Source: Gemmatimonadota bacterium
GTDB taxonomy: Bacteria > Gemmatimonadota > Gemmatimonadetes > Palauibacterales > Palauibacteraceae
Assembly: GCA_965116475.1 (NCBI GenBank)
Contig: OZ220691.1
Location: 992,001-1,056,000, forward strand
DNA length: 64,000 nt
Direction of reading: 5' to 3'
The notes under the pieces are model-generated. The model saw only the letters and a program-made list of their open reading frames with translations. It was not told where the DNA came from and made no database searches. Positions 41,061-50,893 of the stretch are shown here, piece after piece (the first letter of the stretch is position 1; the number at the start of each line of letters is the position of its first letter). The position numbers and the translations under genes are program-made.

Positions 41061-41123
41061 GGCAGTGGCTAGCGGGGCAGTGGCTAGCGGGGCAGTGGCT
41101 AGCGGGGCAGTGGCTAGCGGGGC
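41061..41123. repeat. 4 x 15-bp perfect tandem repeat ggcagtggctagcgg (VNTR) containing the gmd stop codon
   Basis: Copies at 41061, 41076, 41091 and 41106. Confidence 0.95.
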
Positions 41124-42079
41124 GCGGCGTCGATCCGCTCGATGTCGCTTCGCACCATGAGGCGGATCATCTCCTCGAACGACATGCGGGGCTCCCAGCC
41201 CAGCTGCCGTTTCGCCTTCGATGGGTCGGCGCACAGCCGCTCGACCTCGGCCGGCCTCAGGAGCGCCGGGTCCTGCTCCACGTGCTCGCGCCAGTCGCGC
41301 CCGATCTCATCGAAGGCGATCTCGATCAGCCGTTGCACGGAGTGCGTCGCGCCGGTCCCGATCACGTAGTCGTCCGGCGTCTCCGCGCGCAGCATGAGCC
41401 ACATCGCTTCTACGTAGTCGCCCGCGAATCCCCAGTCGCGCTCCGCCTCGAGGTTCCCGATCGACAGACGGTCGGCAAGCCCGCGGTGGATGCGGGCCGC
41501 CTCCCGGCTCACCTTGCGCGTGACGAACTCCCGGCCCCGCCGGGGACTCTCGTGGTTGAAGAGGATCCCGCTCGTCGCGAACAGGTCGTAGCTCTCCCGG
41601 TAGTTCACCGTGATGAAGTGGCCGTACACCTTCGCGACGCCGTACGGGCTGCGCGGATAGAAGGGGGTGTCCTCGTTCTGCGGGGTCTCGCGCACCTTCC
41701 CGAACATCTCCGAGGAGGAGGCCTGGTAGAAGCGGATCGCGGGGTCGACCGCGCGGATCGCCTCGAGCATGCGCGTAACGCCCAGCGCCGTGAACTCACC
41801 CGTCAGCAGCGGCTGATCCCAGGAGGTGGGGACGAAGGACTGCGCCGCGAGGTTGTACACTTCCCGGGGCTCCACGCGTTCGAGGACGCGAATGAGCGAC
41901 AACTGGTCGAGCAGGTCCGCCTGGTGGAGCACGATCCTGTCCCGGAGATGCGAAATGCGGTCGTACTTCTCCACGGAGGAACGGCGCACGACGCCGTGCA
42001 CCTCGTACCCCTTGTCGAGCAGGAACTCGGCCAGGTAGGAGCCATCCTGTCCGGTAATACCGGTGATGAGCGCGATCAT
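41114..42079 (-). CDS. gmd: GDP-mannose 4,6-dehydratase
   Basis: [54 protein letters not shown]. Confidence 0.97.
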   Translation of the reverse strand: MIALITGITGQDGSYLAEFLLDKGYEVHGVVRRSSVEKYDRISHLRDRIVLHQADLLDQLSLIRVLERVEPREVYNLAAQSFVPTSWDQPLLTGEFTALGVTRMLEAIRAVDPAIRFYQASSSEMFGKVRETPQNEDTPFYPRSPYGVAKVYGHFITVNYRESYDLFATSGILFNHESPRRGREFVTRKVSREAARIHRGLADRLSIGNLEAERDWGFAGDYVEAMWLMLRAETPDDYVIGTGATHSVQRLIEIAFDEIGRDWREHVEQDPALLRPAEVERLCADPSKAKRQLGWEPRMSFEEMIRLMVRSDIERIDAAPR

Positions 42080-42087
42080 GGCGGCCG

Positions 42088-42116
42088 AATATGCGCGGCC
42101 GGCGCGCTGCGGCCAA
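42088..42116 (-). promoter_or_regulatory. Sigma70-type promoter of gmd (probably leaderless)
   Basis: TTGGCC, 17 bp, CATATT, 8 nt, ATG 42079; no SD. Confidence 0.4.
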
Positions 42117-42155
42117 ACGGCCGCGGTCCGCCCGAGGCCGGCGGCGCATCGCCGC

Positions 42156-42184
42156 TTGACCGAACATAACCCGAAGCCGACATT
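42156..42184 (+). promoter_or_regulatory. Promoter of the UvrC-like nuclease with an overlapping GAAC-N7-GAAG direct repeat (candidate LexA box)
   Basis: TTGACC (42156-42161), 17 bp, GACATT (42179-42184); CCGAA repeated at 42160 and 42171. Confidence 0.45.
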
Positions 42185-42223
42185 CCCCGTCCCGCCGCCG
42201 GCCGGGCCGCGGGAAACCGGAGG

Positions 42224-43351
42224 TTGACGGCTGTTCCGTTAGAGACAAGAGACAGAGGAGGTCTCCCGATTCCGCGCGCGACGCCGGTTCCGAAATGGGT
42301 GCCCGACCTTCCCGCGAGCCCGGGGGTCTATGTCTTCGTGGACGCGCACGGGCACCCCCTCTATGTGGGGAAGAGCGTGAACCTGCGGCGGCGCGTGCGG
42401 GGCTACTTCTACTCGGGGGGGCCATCGAACGAGCGCCTGGCCGAGATGCTGCGGATCGCCCGGGGCGTCGAGGCACACCCGACCGGGAGCGACCTCGAGG
42501 CGCGTCTCGTGGAAGCGGAGCGCATCCTCGGCCAGCGTCCGCCGTACAACAGGGCGCTCAAGCGGCGCGACGCCGGCTGGTATCTGGAACTGCGCCGGAA
42601 CGAACCCTTCCCGCGGCTGCGCGTCGTGCGCCGGCCGCGCCGGGCCGAAGCCCGCTATATCGGCCCCTTCTGGAGTCGCCGGTCGCCCGAGCGCATCCGT
42701 CGCCTCGTCGAGAAGGTCGTCCGGTTGCGGAGTTGCGCCGAAGCCGTGCGCCCGGACCCGGCGCGGAGCCCGTGCATGCAGTTCGACATGGACCTCTGCA
42801 CCGCGCCCTGCGCGCGCCGGGTGGGACTCAACGCCTATCGGCGGCAGGCGGAAGCGGCCGGGCGCCTGCTCGCCGACCCGGGCTATGCGTGGGAACTCCT
42901 GGACCGGTTCACCGAGGCGCGCGACGCCGCCTCCGGGCGGCTGGAGTTCGAGCGGGCCGCGGCGGCGCAACTTCGTCTCGACTGGATCGAGGAACTCGAG
43001 GAACTTCGCTTCCTCCTGGAGCCGGAAGCGGAACCGCACTCGTGGCTGATCGTGCTCCCCGCGCTGGACGAGGCGCACCGGACGCTTCAGCCCGTGGCGC
43101 GCGGGCAGGTGCTCCGGCGGCGGCGCGTGGCGTGGATCGAGGGCGCGTGGGAGGAGGCCGTGGAAAACGCCTGCTACGCCGTGCGGGTGGCGGAGTTGCG
43201 GGCGCCCACCGTGCTTTCTCCGCGGGAATCGGTGCCGAGCGCGATGGTCGGCCGCTGGCTCGAGGAGGGGGGCGACGGCGGACACGCGATCAACCTGACG
43301 GGCCTCGACGCCGCCGGCGCCATCGACCAGCTTCGGCGCCTCGCGTCCTGA
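42224..43351 (+). CDS. UvrC-N-terminal-like (Cho-type) GIY-YIG excision nuclease
   Basis: PASPGVY...LYVGKS.NLRRRV.GYF, EA..I...RPPYN, YIGPF, Cys cluster C..(12)..C..(7)..C...C, UvrB-binding LEFERAA; no RNase H/HhH half. Start uncertain. Confidence 0.85.
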   Translation: MTAVPLETRDRGGLPIPRATPVPKWVPDLPASPGVYVFVDAHGHPLYVGKSVNLRRRVRGYFYSGGPSNERLAEMLRIARGVEAHPTGSDLEARLVEAERILGQRPPYNRALKRRDAGWYLELRRNEPFPRLRVVRRPRRAEARYIGPFWSRRSPERIRRLVEKVVRLRSCAEAVRPDPARSPCMQFDMDLCTAPCARRVGLNAYRRQAEAAGRLLADPGYAWELLDRFTEARDAASGRLEFERAAAAQLRLDWIEELEELRFLLEPEAEPHSWLIVLPALDEAHRTLQPVARGQVLRRRRVAWIEGAWEEAVENACYAVRVAELRAPTVLSPRESVPSAMVGRWLEEGGDGGHAINLTGLDAAGAIDQLRRLAS

Positions 43352-43387
43352 CGCCCGTCACGGAACCCGGTCAGGGCCAATGGGGTC

Positions 43388-44608
43388 ATGCTTGCCATGC
43401 TCAGGAACTCAGATGTCGTCGCGGCGCGCGATCGGATCCGGTCGGGGGTGGCGCGGACCACCTGCCCCCAGTCCTTCGCCCTCGAGGCGCGGGCCGGTGG
43501 CCGCTTCCATCTCAAGACCGAGTTCCGGCAGCGCACCGGGTCATTCAAGGACCGGGGATCGCTCCACAAGCTCCTGCGCCTCGGCCCGGCCGCTCGCGAG
43601 GGGGGCGTCATCGCGGCCAGCGCCGGCAATCACGCCCAGGCTCTCGCGTATCACGCCGCGCGGCTGCAGATCGCGTGCACGATCGTGATGCCCACGCACG
43701 CGCCCCTCATCAAGGTCGTCCACACGCGCGGCTACGGGGCCCGCGTGATTCAGACCGGGGAGACGCTCTCCGACGGGATGGCGCTCGTCGACCGCCTGAC
43801 CCGCGAGGAGGGGCTCGCGCCCGTCCACGCCTTCGACGACCTCGATGTGATGGCGGGCCAGGGGACGATCGGGCTGGAGGTTCTCGAACAGGTGCCGGAC
43901 CTGACGACGGTCATCGTCCCCATCGGAGGGGGCGGGATGATCTCCGGCATCGCGACCGTGGTGAAGGCGCAGCGCCCGAATGTGCGTGTGATCGGCGTGG
44001 AGGCCGCGGCCTCGCCGGGGGCCCGGGAGTCGCTGGCCGCCGGAAAGCCGGTACACCTCGAGAACTCCGACACACTCGCGGACGGCATCGCCGTGAAGCG
44101 AATCGGCGACCTCGCCTTCCCTCACCTGGCGACGCTCGTGGACGATATCGTCCTCATCGACGAGGAACAGATCACGCGCGCGATCTTCTTCCTCCTCGAA
44201 TCCGAAAAGTTCGTCGTGGAGGGCGGTGGCGCGGTGTCCGTGGCCGCCGTCCTCGAGGGAAAGGTCGACCTCGGCCCGACCGACGTCACCGTCTGCATCC
44301 TCTCCGGCGGCAACATCGACATGAACCTCGTGTCGCGGGTCATCGACCGCGCGCTGTGGGCCGATGGCCGGCTCGCGCGTCTCGCGGTCGTCGTTCGCGA
44401 CCGCCCCGGCTACCTGAACGAAGTGACGGCGCTCGTCGCGATCGAGGGCGCGAACGTCCTCCACATCGAACACACGCGCGCCTTCGGCGACATCTCCGTC
44501 GGAAAGGTGGGAATCGAACTCACGATCGAGACGCGCGGCCGCGACCACATCGCAACGATCGTGGCCAGGCTCCGCGAACTCGGCCACCGCGTCCAAGAAC
44601 TTTCCTGA
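43388..44608 (+). CDS. ilvA: Threonine ammonia-lyase with C-terminal ACT domain
   Basis: QRTGSFKDRG (PLP lysine), ASAGNHAQ, GQGTIGLE, PIGGGGMISG, LSGGNID, DRPG.L ACT motif. Confidence 0.9.
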   Translation: MLAMLRNSDVVAARDRIRSGVARTTCPQSFALEARAGGRFHLKTEFRQRTGSFKDRGSLHKLLRLGPAAREGGVIAASAGNHAQALAYHAARLQIACTIVMPTHAPLIKVVHTRGYGARVIQTGETLSDGMALVDRLTREEGLAPVHAFDDLDVMAGQGTIGLEVLEQVPDLTTVIVPIGGGGMISGIATVVKAQRPNVRVIGVEAAASPGARESLAAGKPVHLENSDTLADGIAVKRIGDLAFPHLATLVDDIVLIDEEQITRAIFFLLESEKFVVEGGGAVSVAAVLEGKVDLGPTDVTVCILSGGNIDMNLVSRVIDRALWADGRLARLAVVVRDRPGYLNEVTALVAIEGANVLHIEHTRAFGDISVGKVGIELTIETRGRDHIATIVARLRELGHRVQELS

Positions 44609-44650
44609 CGCCCTCGGCGGAGCGAGCTACCCGCCCCGACCGACGGAGCC

Positions 44651-45481
44651 TCAGGGGGCGGGTGTGTCTTCGACCTCGGCCAGCGCCTTCTGCAGTTCGC
44701 GCCGCGCCACGCGCGTCACGAGGACGACGACGGCGGCCGTGGCGGCGAGGCCCGCCACGAGCAGCGCGGTCTGTCCCCAGCTCGCCGCGCCGCCGGACGC
44801 CTCGGCCACCTCCGCCCCGGCCGCGCCGATGTACACGTACAGGAGCGTGCCCGGGAACATCCCCACGAGCGAGGCCGCGACGTACTGCGTGAAGGTCACG
44901 CCGGTGAGGCCGTAGAAGTAGTTCTGCGCGCTGAACGGAAACACCGGCGAGAGTCGGGTGAGGAAGACGATGCGCCAGCCCTGCGTTTCGACCGCCCGGT
45001 CGATCGCGCGCAGCGCCGGGCGGTTGGCGAGCAGTTTCTCGACGCGATCGCGCAGCACGTAGCGGGCGATGAGGAAGGCGAGCGCGGCCCCGATGTTCGC
45101 GCCCACGAACACGGTGAGGGTGCCGAGCGCGAGGCCGAACGTCACGCCTCCGGCGATGGTCAGCGCCGAACCCGGCACGAAGAGCACCACCGCGAGCGCG
45201 TAAAAGAGCCCAAAGAAGAAGGGACCCAGCCACCCCAGTTCCGCGGTGGTCTCGCGCAGCCAGGTGACGAGTCGCGCCAGGAAGCCCAGCTCCCCATCCG
45301 CCGCGGACTCCGAAGCTGCGGACTCGGAGGCCGGGGCGGACTGGACGGGGACCGGCGACGCGGCCACGAGGGCGGGGGGGCCGCCGAACTCGGGACCCGC
45401 CCGTGCCGACAGGGCATCGACCGCGCACTCGGCCGACCCCGGCACGAGCACGCCCAGGAGGAGAACGGCCCGGGCGACCAC
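44651..45481 (-). CDS. TVP38/TMEM64 (DedA/VTT) membrane protein
   Basis: PGSALTIAGG..FG, GA.LAFLIAR, LTRLSPVFPF...NY..G.T, GMFPGT. Confidence 0.9.
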   Translation of the reverse strand: MVARAVLLLGVLVPGSAECAVDALSARAGPEFGGPPALVAASPVPVQSAPASESAASESAADGELGFLARLVTWLRETTAELGWLGPFFFGLFYALAVVLFVPGSALTIAGGVTFGLALGTLTVFVGANIGAALAFLIARYVLRDRVEKLLANRPALRAIDRAVETQGWRIVFLTRLSPVFPFSAQNYFYGLTGVTFTQYVAASLVGMFPGTLLYVYIGAAGAEVAEASGGAASWGQTALLVAGLAATAAVVVLVTRVARRELQKALAEVEDTPAP

Positions 45482-46719
45482 TACGGGCTCTCCAGTCGGT
45501 TATGCGCCGCGAGGATGCGCCGCACTTCGTCGTGCGGGAGTCCGGGCACCATGTTCCCGTCGCGCCCCACCATCGTCCGGCCCGCGACCATCGCGTTCGT
45601 GATCGCCTCCTCCGTTGCCTGGGCCGTCGCGAGCAGCAGCGGATCGATCTCGTTGTTCGATACCATCTCCACGGTCGTGTTCCCGCCCCGGCTCCACGCC
45701 CCGCCGTTCCCCGTCGAGAAGGCGATGAAAATGTCGCCGGAACTGTTGGTCCCGTAGCCGCCCATGCGTCCGATCCCGATCGGCACGCGGCGCGCGAGCC
45801 GCTTCAACTGGTGCGGGAGCAGCGGAGCGTCCGTCGCGACGACGACGATGATCGAACCGAGGCCATCGAACGCGCCCCCGTCCGCCGCACCGCCGGCGCC
45901 GCCGGGCGGCGTCCAGTCGAGAAGCTCCTGCCCGACCGGCACGCCCGCGATCAGCAACTGCGGCCGGCGCCCGTAGTTACACTGCACCAGCACGCCCACG
46001 GTGTAGTCCCCGGCGAGCCGGGACGAGGTCCCGATCCCGCCCTTGAACGAGTTGCAGACCATGCCCGTCCCGCCGCCGACCGATCCCTCGGTGACGGGGC
46101 CCGAGACGGCGCTCTCGATCGCGTGGAACACGTGCTCCTTCCGGACATGGAACCCGTTGATGTCGTTGAGCCGCCCGTCCCAGGTCTCCGCGACCAGCGG
46201 CAGGCTCCACCAGACCCCCGGGGCGACGGGATGGTTTGCGCCCGCGTCGCGCGACCACTCGATGACGGCCTGGTGGACGTCTCCCACGCTGTGCGTGTTG
46301 GTGATCATCACCGGACCCTCGAGGAAACCCGATTCCTCGACCCAGGTCGTCCCGGTCATCTCGCCGTTCCCGTTCAGCGAGTACCACCCGGCGAAGACGG
46401 GTTCGTAGCTCTCGGTACGCGGGAGCACGGCGGTCACGCCCGTGCGCACGGGGCCCTCGCCGACGACGAGCGCCCCCTCCCCTTCGATGATCGTCGCGTG
46501 CCCGACGCGGACGCCGGCCACATCGGTGATCGCGTTCCAGGCTCCGGGCTCCCCCGGGAAGGGGATCCCGAGGTCCCGCGCCCGCGGCGGGGTCTGGGCG
46601 CTGAGGGCGCCGGCGGCCAGCGCCGCGGCGGTGAGCACTCCGGCGGCGGCCCGCGTCGGCGCCACCGGGCACCGGCGGGCCGATCCCGTTCGTGGCAAGA
46701 AGAACATCGACACCTCCAC
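45481..46719 (-). CDS. DmpA/P1-family (S58) aminopeptidase, exported
   Basis: RARDLGI, NAITDVAGVRVGH, RTGVT, NGNGEMTG, EGSVGGGTGM, autocleavage G|SIIVVVATDAP, SGDIFIAFST. Confidence 0.92.
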   Translation of the reverse strand: MEVSMFFLPRTGSARRCPVAPTRAAAGVLTAAALAAGALSAQTPPRARDLGIPFPGEPGAWNAITDVAGVRVGHATIIEGEGALVVGEGPVRTGVTAVLPRTESYEPVFAGWYSLNGNGEMTGTTWVEESGFLEGPVMITNTHSVGDVHQAVIEWSRDAGANHPVAPGVWWSLPLVAETWDGRLNDINGFHVRKEHVFHAIESAVSGPVTEGSVGGGTGMVCNSFKGGIGTSSRLAGDYTVGVLVQCNYGRRPQLLIAGVPVGQELLDWTPPGGAGGAADGGAFDGLGSIIVVVATDAPLLPHQLKRLARRVPIGIGRMGGYGTNSSGDIFIAFSTGNGGAWSRGGNTTVEMVSNNEIDPLLLATAQATEEAITNAMVAGRTMVGRDGNMVPGLPHDEVRRILAAHNRLESP

Positions 46720-46766
46720 GCGAGGGACTGTGTGGTTCCGTCTATTCTACCGTTATCTGAACGCCG

Positions 46767-48116
46767 TCATCTGAACGTGCCCTGGATTCCCAGCGTCCAC
46801 AGGACGTCCGGCCGCAGACCGGCGGCCTGGATCGGGAGCAAGGCGTTCGTGGCGAGGATCATGTCGCGGCCGAGCACGTACTTGAGTCCCACCGCGAGGT
46901 CGATGAAGTGGCGACCGACATCCGGGAGCGATGACGACTCGACCGTGAGAGGCGGGGTGCCGACGAAGGTGACGGGGCCGGGCAGCGGATGCTCCGGATC
47001 TGCCAGTTCCCAGCGGGTGATGACGTCCGCGGCCACCGTGAGGACATCGGACGCGAGGGCATCGAAACCCACCGTCGCGAGCACCGCGTCCCGATCGAAG
47101 TTCCGGTCGCGCAGGTTGCCTTCGCGCAGGAGATACCCGGCGTTCACGTGGGGCGAGAATCTCCCGCGATTGAGGGAGAGAATCGCCACGGCGCGGCCCC
47201 GGCCCTCGCCCAGTCCGAGAAGATCTTCCTCCTGGCCCGTGGGGAAGGTCACGTCCGCCAGCAGCGCCATGCCCACGGGCGGCGGCGCGCGGCCCGCGGT
47301 CGTCCCGCTCGTGAGGTTGACCTTGATCCGGGCGGAGACATCGCCGATTCCCGTCGCCGACCCTCTCACGGAGTTGGTCGCCTCGAGGACCGGCGCGGCG
47401 GGCGTGCCGCCGAAACGGTGCGCGAGCGAGTTGCCGAGCGACAGGATCTGGGCGTGTGCCGTCCCCCTCAGGTTCGCCCGCACGACCGGCACCGCGAATC
47501 CCACATCGAGGAAGGACGCCAGGCCCGCGCTCAGGACCGCCGTAGCCACCGTGTAGTCGAGGTCGAGATTCGTGCGCACCCGGAGCACGTCGCGTTCGAA
47601 GAAGGGGAGACCGAGCCCGGGGTCCGGACCCAGGGCCACGTCCGAATCCTCGTGGAAGAAGTTCAGGACGAGGTTGTCCGCGGGCACGCCGCTGAAGTTC
47701 GTGACCTGGAAGGCGGTCGCTTCGAGCCCGAGGAAGAACCTCCCCATCCCGAGGGTTTCCGCCCGTTCCGCGAAGATCGGCCCGAACGACGCGCTCCGCT
47801 CTTCGGCCGACCAGATGCGGCCCCCGGACATCGCGGTCGGGGGAAGACTGCCGACCACCTCGGCGATCCCTCCCTGGAAGGAGAGGATGAGCGCGTCGTT
47901 CCGCGGGACCCGTTCGCGCAGGTAGTGCCGGCCGTGCTCCGTACCGAAAACCCCGGTCTCGTCGAAATCCGGATCGAGGCACAGAGGCACGCCGCACTGC
48001 CCGAACACGAACAGTTCCGACACGAGGTCCGTGAGCGACTGGGCCGCGGCCGGCCTGCCGGTCGCCGCCGCCAGCGCCACCATGACCATGAGCCCCGCGA
48101 CGGCTCGTCCGTGCAT
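46767..48116 (-). CDS. Putative outer-membrane beta-barrel protein (phenol-degradation/MetA-like)
   Basis: Signal peptide (AAA|Q), ERAETLG.G, GIGDV....K, alternating beta-strands, C-terminal ...GIQGTFR; GGGAGG SD before ATG 48116. Confidence 0.6.
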   Translation of the reverse strand: MHGRAVAGLMVMVALAAATGRPAAAQSLTDLVSELFVFGQCGVPLCLDPDFDETGVFGTEHGRHYLRERVPRNDALILSFQGGIAEVVGSLPPTAMSGGRIWSAEERSASFGPIFAERAETLGMGRFFLGLEATAFQVTNFSGVPADNLVLNFFHEDSDVALGPDPGLGLPFFERDVLRVRTNLDLDYTVATAVLSAGLASFLDVGFAVPVVRANLRGTAHAQILSLGNSLAHRFGGTPAAPVLEATNSVRGSATGIGDVSARIKVNLTSGTTAGRAPPPVGMALLADVTFPTGQEEDLLGLGEGRGRAVAILSLNRGRFSPHVNAGYLLREGNLRDRNFDRDAVLATVGFDALASDVLTVAADVITRWELADPEHPLPGPVTFVGTPPLTVESSSLPDVGRHFIDLAVGLKYVLGRDMILATNALLPIQAAGLRPDVLWTLGIQGTFR

Positions 48117-48226
48117 CTCGCCTCCCATCGAGTTTCCGCTCCGGTGGCGCTGAAGGTTCGCACGCCGGTCGGACGCGGCAAGATGACCCGTTGACCTCCG
48201 ACGCCCTCCGCGCTCATCGTCGGGCC

Positions 48227-50056
48227 ATGCCTACATCACACCCGCGTCTGACAACAGCCGGCTCGGCGCCCGCGTTACGCCGGCGCCGCCAGGACGCCCA
48301 CGACGTCATCATCGTCGGCTCCGGCGCGGGAGGCGGGATGGCCGCCTACGTGCTCGCCTGCCACGGCGTCCGGGTCCTGCTCCTCGAGGCGGGGCGGGAC
48401 TACGATCCGGTGTCGGAGACGCCGATGTTCCAGCTCCCGGCCGACGCGCCGCTCCGGGCCGCGGGGACCGCCGACAAGCCGTTCGGCTTCTACGATGCGA
48501 CGGTGGACGGCGGCTGGCGCGTCCCCGGCGAACCCTACACGAGCGCCGAAGGGGTCAACTTCATGTGGTGGCGGGCGCGCATGCTCGGGGGGCGGACAAA
48601 CCACTGGGGCCGGATCTCGCTCCGCATGGGGCCCTACGACTTCAAGCCCTACAGCCGCGACGGGCTCGGCTTCGACTGGCCGATGACGTACGACGACCTC
48701 GCACCGTGGTACGACCGGACCGAGGCCTTCATCGGCGTCTACGGTTCGAGCGAAGGGCTCGAGAACACGCCCGATTCCTCCGCCGGGGTCCTCCAGCCGC
48801 CGCCCGCGCCGCGCGCCTATGAACTGCTCGCGAAGAAGGCGTGCGGGGGCCTGGGTATCCCGGTCGTGCCCGCGCACCTCGCGATCCTCACCGAAGCGCA
48901 GGACGCCGAAGGCCTGTCGCGGATGCTGTGGCCGGGCAACGCGCTGGCCCAGCGGGTGACGCGCGACGCCATGCGGGGCCGGGCCCCCTGCTACTGGGCG
49001 ACGCCGTGCGGGCGGGGCTGCTCGATCAAGGCCAACTTCCAGTCGACGACCGTCTGCCTGCCACCGGCGCAGGCGACCGGCAACCTCACCACGATCACCG
49101 ACGCCATGGTGCGCGAGGTGACGCTCGACGCGCGGGGGCGGGCGAACGGGGTCCGCTACATCGACAAGAGGGCGCGCGCCGACCGCCATGCCGCGGCCCC
49201 GGTCGTCATCCTCGCAGCCAGCGCCCTCGAATCGGCCCGCATCCTCCTCAACTCCCGCAGTTCGCTCTTCCCCGACGGCCTCGCCAACGGAAGCGGACTC
49301 GTCGGCAAGTACATCATGGACACGGTGGGCGCGGGCGTCTCCGGCCAGATTCCGGCGCTCGAGCACCTCCCCCGGCACGCGGAGGAGGGGGCCTCGGCGA
49401 TGCACATGTACATGCCGTGGTGGCTGTACGGGGAACAGGCCGCGGGACGCCTCGATTTCGCCCGCGGCTACCACATCGAGTTCGGCGGCGGGCAGCGGAT
49501 GCCCGGCTACGGCGCCTTCAGCGGCATCGAGCCGCTTACCGGGGGCGCCTACGGACAGCGCTTCAAGGAGGAATGCCGCCGCTACTACGGCTCGTTCATG
49601 TACTTCGACGGCCGCGGCGAGATGATCCCGAACGAGGACTGCTACTGCGAGATCGATCCCGAGGTCGTCGACCAGTGGGGCATCCCCGTGCTCCGGTTCC
49701 ACTGGAAGTGGTCCGACCACGAACTCAACCAGGCCCGGCACATGCAGCAGACGTTTGCCGGGATCATCGAGGAGATGGGGGGGCGCGTGCTCTCGACGGT
49801 GCAGACGGACGGCGCCCGCGCGATCCTGGCGCCCGGCCAGATCATCCACGAGGTCGGCGGCGTCCGGATGGGAGACAGGCCCGGGAACTCCGTGCTCAAC
49901 CAGTACTGCCAGTCGTGGGAGGTTCCGAACCTGTTCGTGATGGACGGCGGACCATTCGTGTCCAACGCGGACAAGAACCCGACGCTCTCCATCATGGCGA
50001 TCGCCTGGCGGTCGTCGGAGTACCTCGTGGACCAGCTTCGGCAGGGGGCGCTCTGA
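48227..50056 (+). CDS. GMC-family FAD oxidoreductase (glycoside 3-dehydrogenase-like catalytic subunit)
   Basis: IVGSGAGGG, RARMLGGRTNHWGR, DWPMTYDDL, Cys cluster C.....CGRGC, IHEVGGVRMG, KNPTLSIMA. Confidence 0.9.
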   Translation: MPTSHPRLTTAGSAPALRRRRQDAHDVIIVGSGAGGGMAAYVLACHGVRVLLLEAGRDYDPVSETPMFQLPADAPLRAAGTADKPFGFYDATVDGGWRVPGEPYTSAEGVNFMWWRARMLGGRTNHWGRISLRMGPYDFKPYSRDGLGFDWPMTYDDLAPWYDRTEAFIGVYGSSEGLENTPDSSAGVLQPPPAPRAYELLAKKACGGLGIPVVPAHLAILTEAQDAEGLSRMLWPGNALAQRVTRDAMRGRAPCYWATPCGRGCSIKANFQSTTVCLPPAQATGNLTTITDAMVREVTLDARGRANGVRYIDKRARADRHAAAPVVILAASALESARILLNSRSSLFPDGLANGSGLVGKYIMDTVGAGVSGQIPALEHLPRHAEEGASAMHMYMPWWLYGEQAAGRLDFARGYHIEFGGGQRMPGYGAFSGIEPLTGGAYGQRFKEECRRYYGSFMYFDGRGEMIPNEDCYCEIDPEVVDQWGIPVLRFHWKWSDHELNQARHMQQTFAGIIEEMGGRVLSTVQTDGARAILAPGQIIHEVGGVRMGDRPGNSVLNQYCQSWEVPNLFVMDGGPFVSNADKNPTLSIMAIAWRSSEYLVDQLRQGAL

Positions 50057-50805
50057 TGGCGGACCGCGAACGCGACCGGGCACCGACGCCGGAACGTGAA
50101 GGGGCGCGGGAGCGCGAACCGGGGGCGGCCGAGGGACTGACCCGCCGCCGGGCGCTCCAGGTGCTCGCGGCCGGGGCGGCGGGCGCGGCAGCGGTCTCGG
50201 CGGGGGCGTGCGCCGACGGCGGCGAATCCGGCCTCCCCGCCACCGAGGATGCGACCGCTCTCTCCGGCGCCACGAGCGGGGGCAATCCCCGGGCGGCGGG
50301 CACGCCGACGGACCCGGACCTCGTGTCGCCCGTCGTGTGGTGGGACCTGGTCCTGACCGAAGATGAACTCGCGACCCTCGCCCACCTGTGCGACGTCATC
50401 ATCCCCGAAGACGAACACTCCCCCGGCGCGGCGGCGCTCGGGGCGCACGCCTTCATCGACGAATGGGTGAGCGCGCCGTACGACGGAAACCGGGAGGATC
50501 TGACGCTCGTCCGCGGCGGGCTCGTATGGCTGGACATCGAATCGGCGGACCGTTTCGGGGGCCGCTTCACCGAGCTGACGCTCGAGCAGAAGCACGCGAT
50601 CTGCGACGACATCTGCTGGGCGGAGAACGCGGCGCCGGAGTACCGGGTCGCGGCCCGTTTCTTCGACCGCGTGCGGGATCTCACGTCGACCGCGTTCTGG
50701 ACGACGGCGGAGGGGATGGCCGACCTCGGTTTCGTGGGGAACCGACCCATGCCGCGCTTCGATGGCCCGCCCCCGGAGGTGCTCGAACGCCTGGGTCTTG
50801 CTTAG
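50056..50805 (+). CDS. Gluconate-2-dehydrogenase subunit-3-like (Tat hitch-hiker) protein
   Basis: ATG overlaps the GMC stop (TGATG); TRRRALQ twin-arginine signal; CDVIIP.D..SPGA, FIDEW, RF...F..L, FF...RDLT...FWTT..G..DLG. Confidence 0.88.
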   Translation: MADRERDRAPTPEREGAREREPGAAEGLTRRRALQVLAAGAAGAAAVSAGACADGGESGLPATEDATALSGATSGGNPRAAGTPTDPDLVSPVVWWDLVLTEDELATLAHLCDVIIPEDEHSPGAAALGAHAFIDEWVSAPYDGNREDLTLVRGGLVWLDIESADRFGGRFTELTLEQKHAICDDICWAENAAPEYRVAARFFDRVRDLTSTAFWTTAEGMADLGFVGNRPMPRFDGPPPEVLERLGLA

Positions 50806-50813
50806 TGTAGGCT

Positions 50814-50826
50814 TGGTACAAAACCA
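50814..50826. promoter_or_regulatory. Palindrome TGGT-N5-ACCA, candidate GntR-family operator
   Basis: tggtacaaaacca in an AT-richer intergenic spot, immediately after a TAGGCT -10-like hexamer. Confidence 0.3.
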
Positions 50827-50893
50827 GTGGCCGTCGGCGCGAGACCGCGCGGGCGGGCTTCGATTGGCGACCTGTCCCGGAGTGAGGCGCAGC

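Noticed and set aside
41061-41123. Possible CRISPR array (also considered for 23826-23858 and 39441-39500)
   Set aside because: Units are directly adjacent with no unique spacers, are too short, and no cas genes are present.
48841-50055. 654-aa ORF suggesting a long overlapped or frameshifted subunit
   Set aside because: Only the part from ATG 50056 is protein-like; TGATG coupling explains it without a frameshift.
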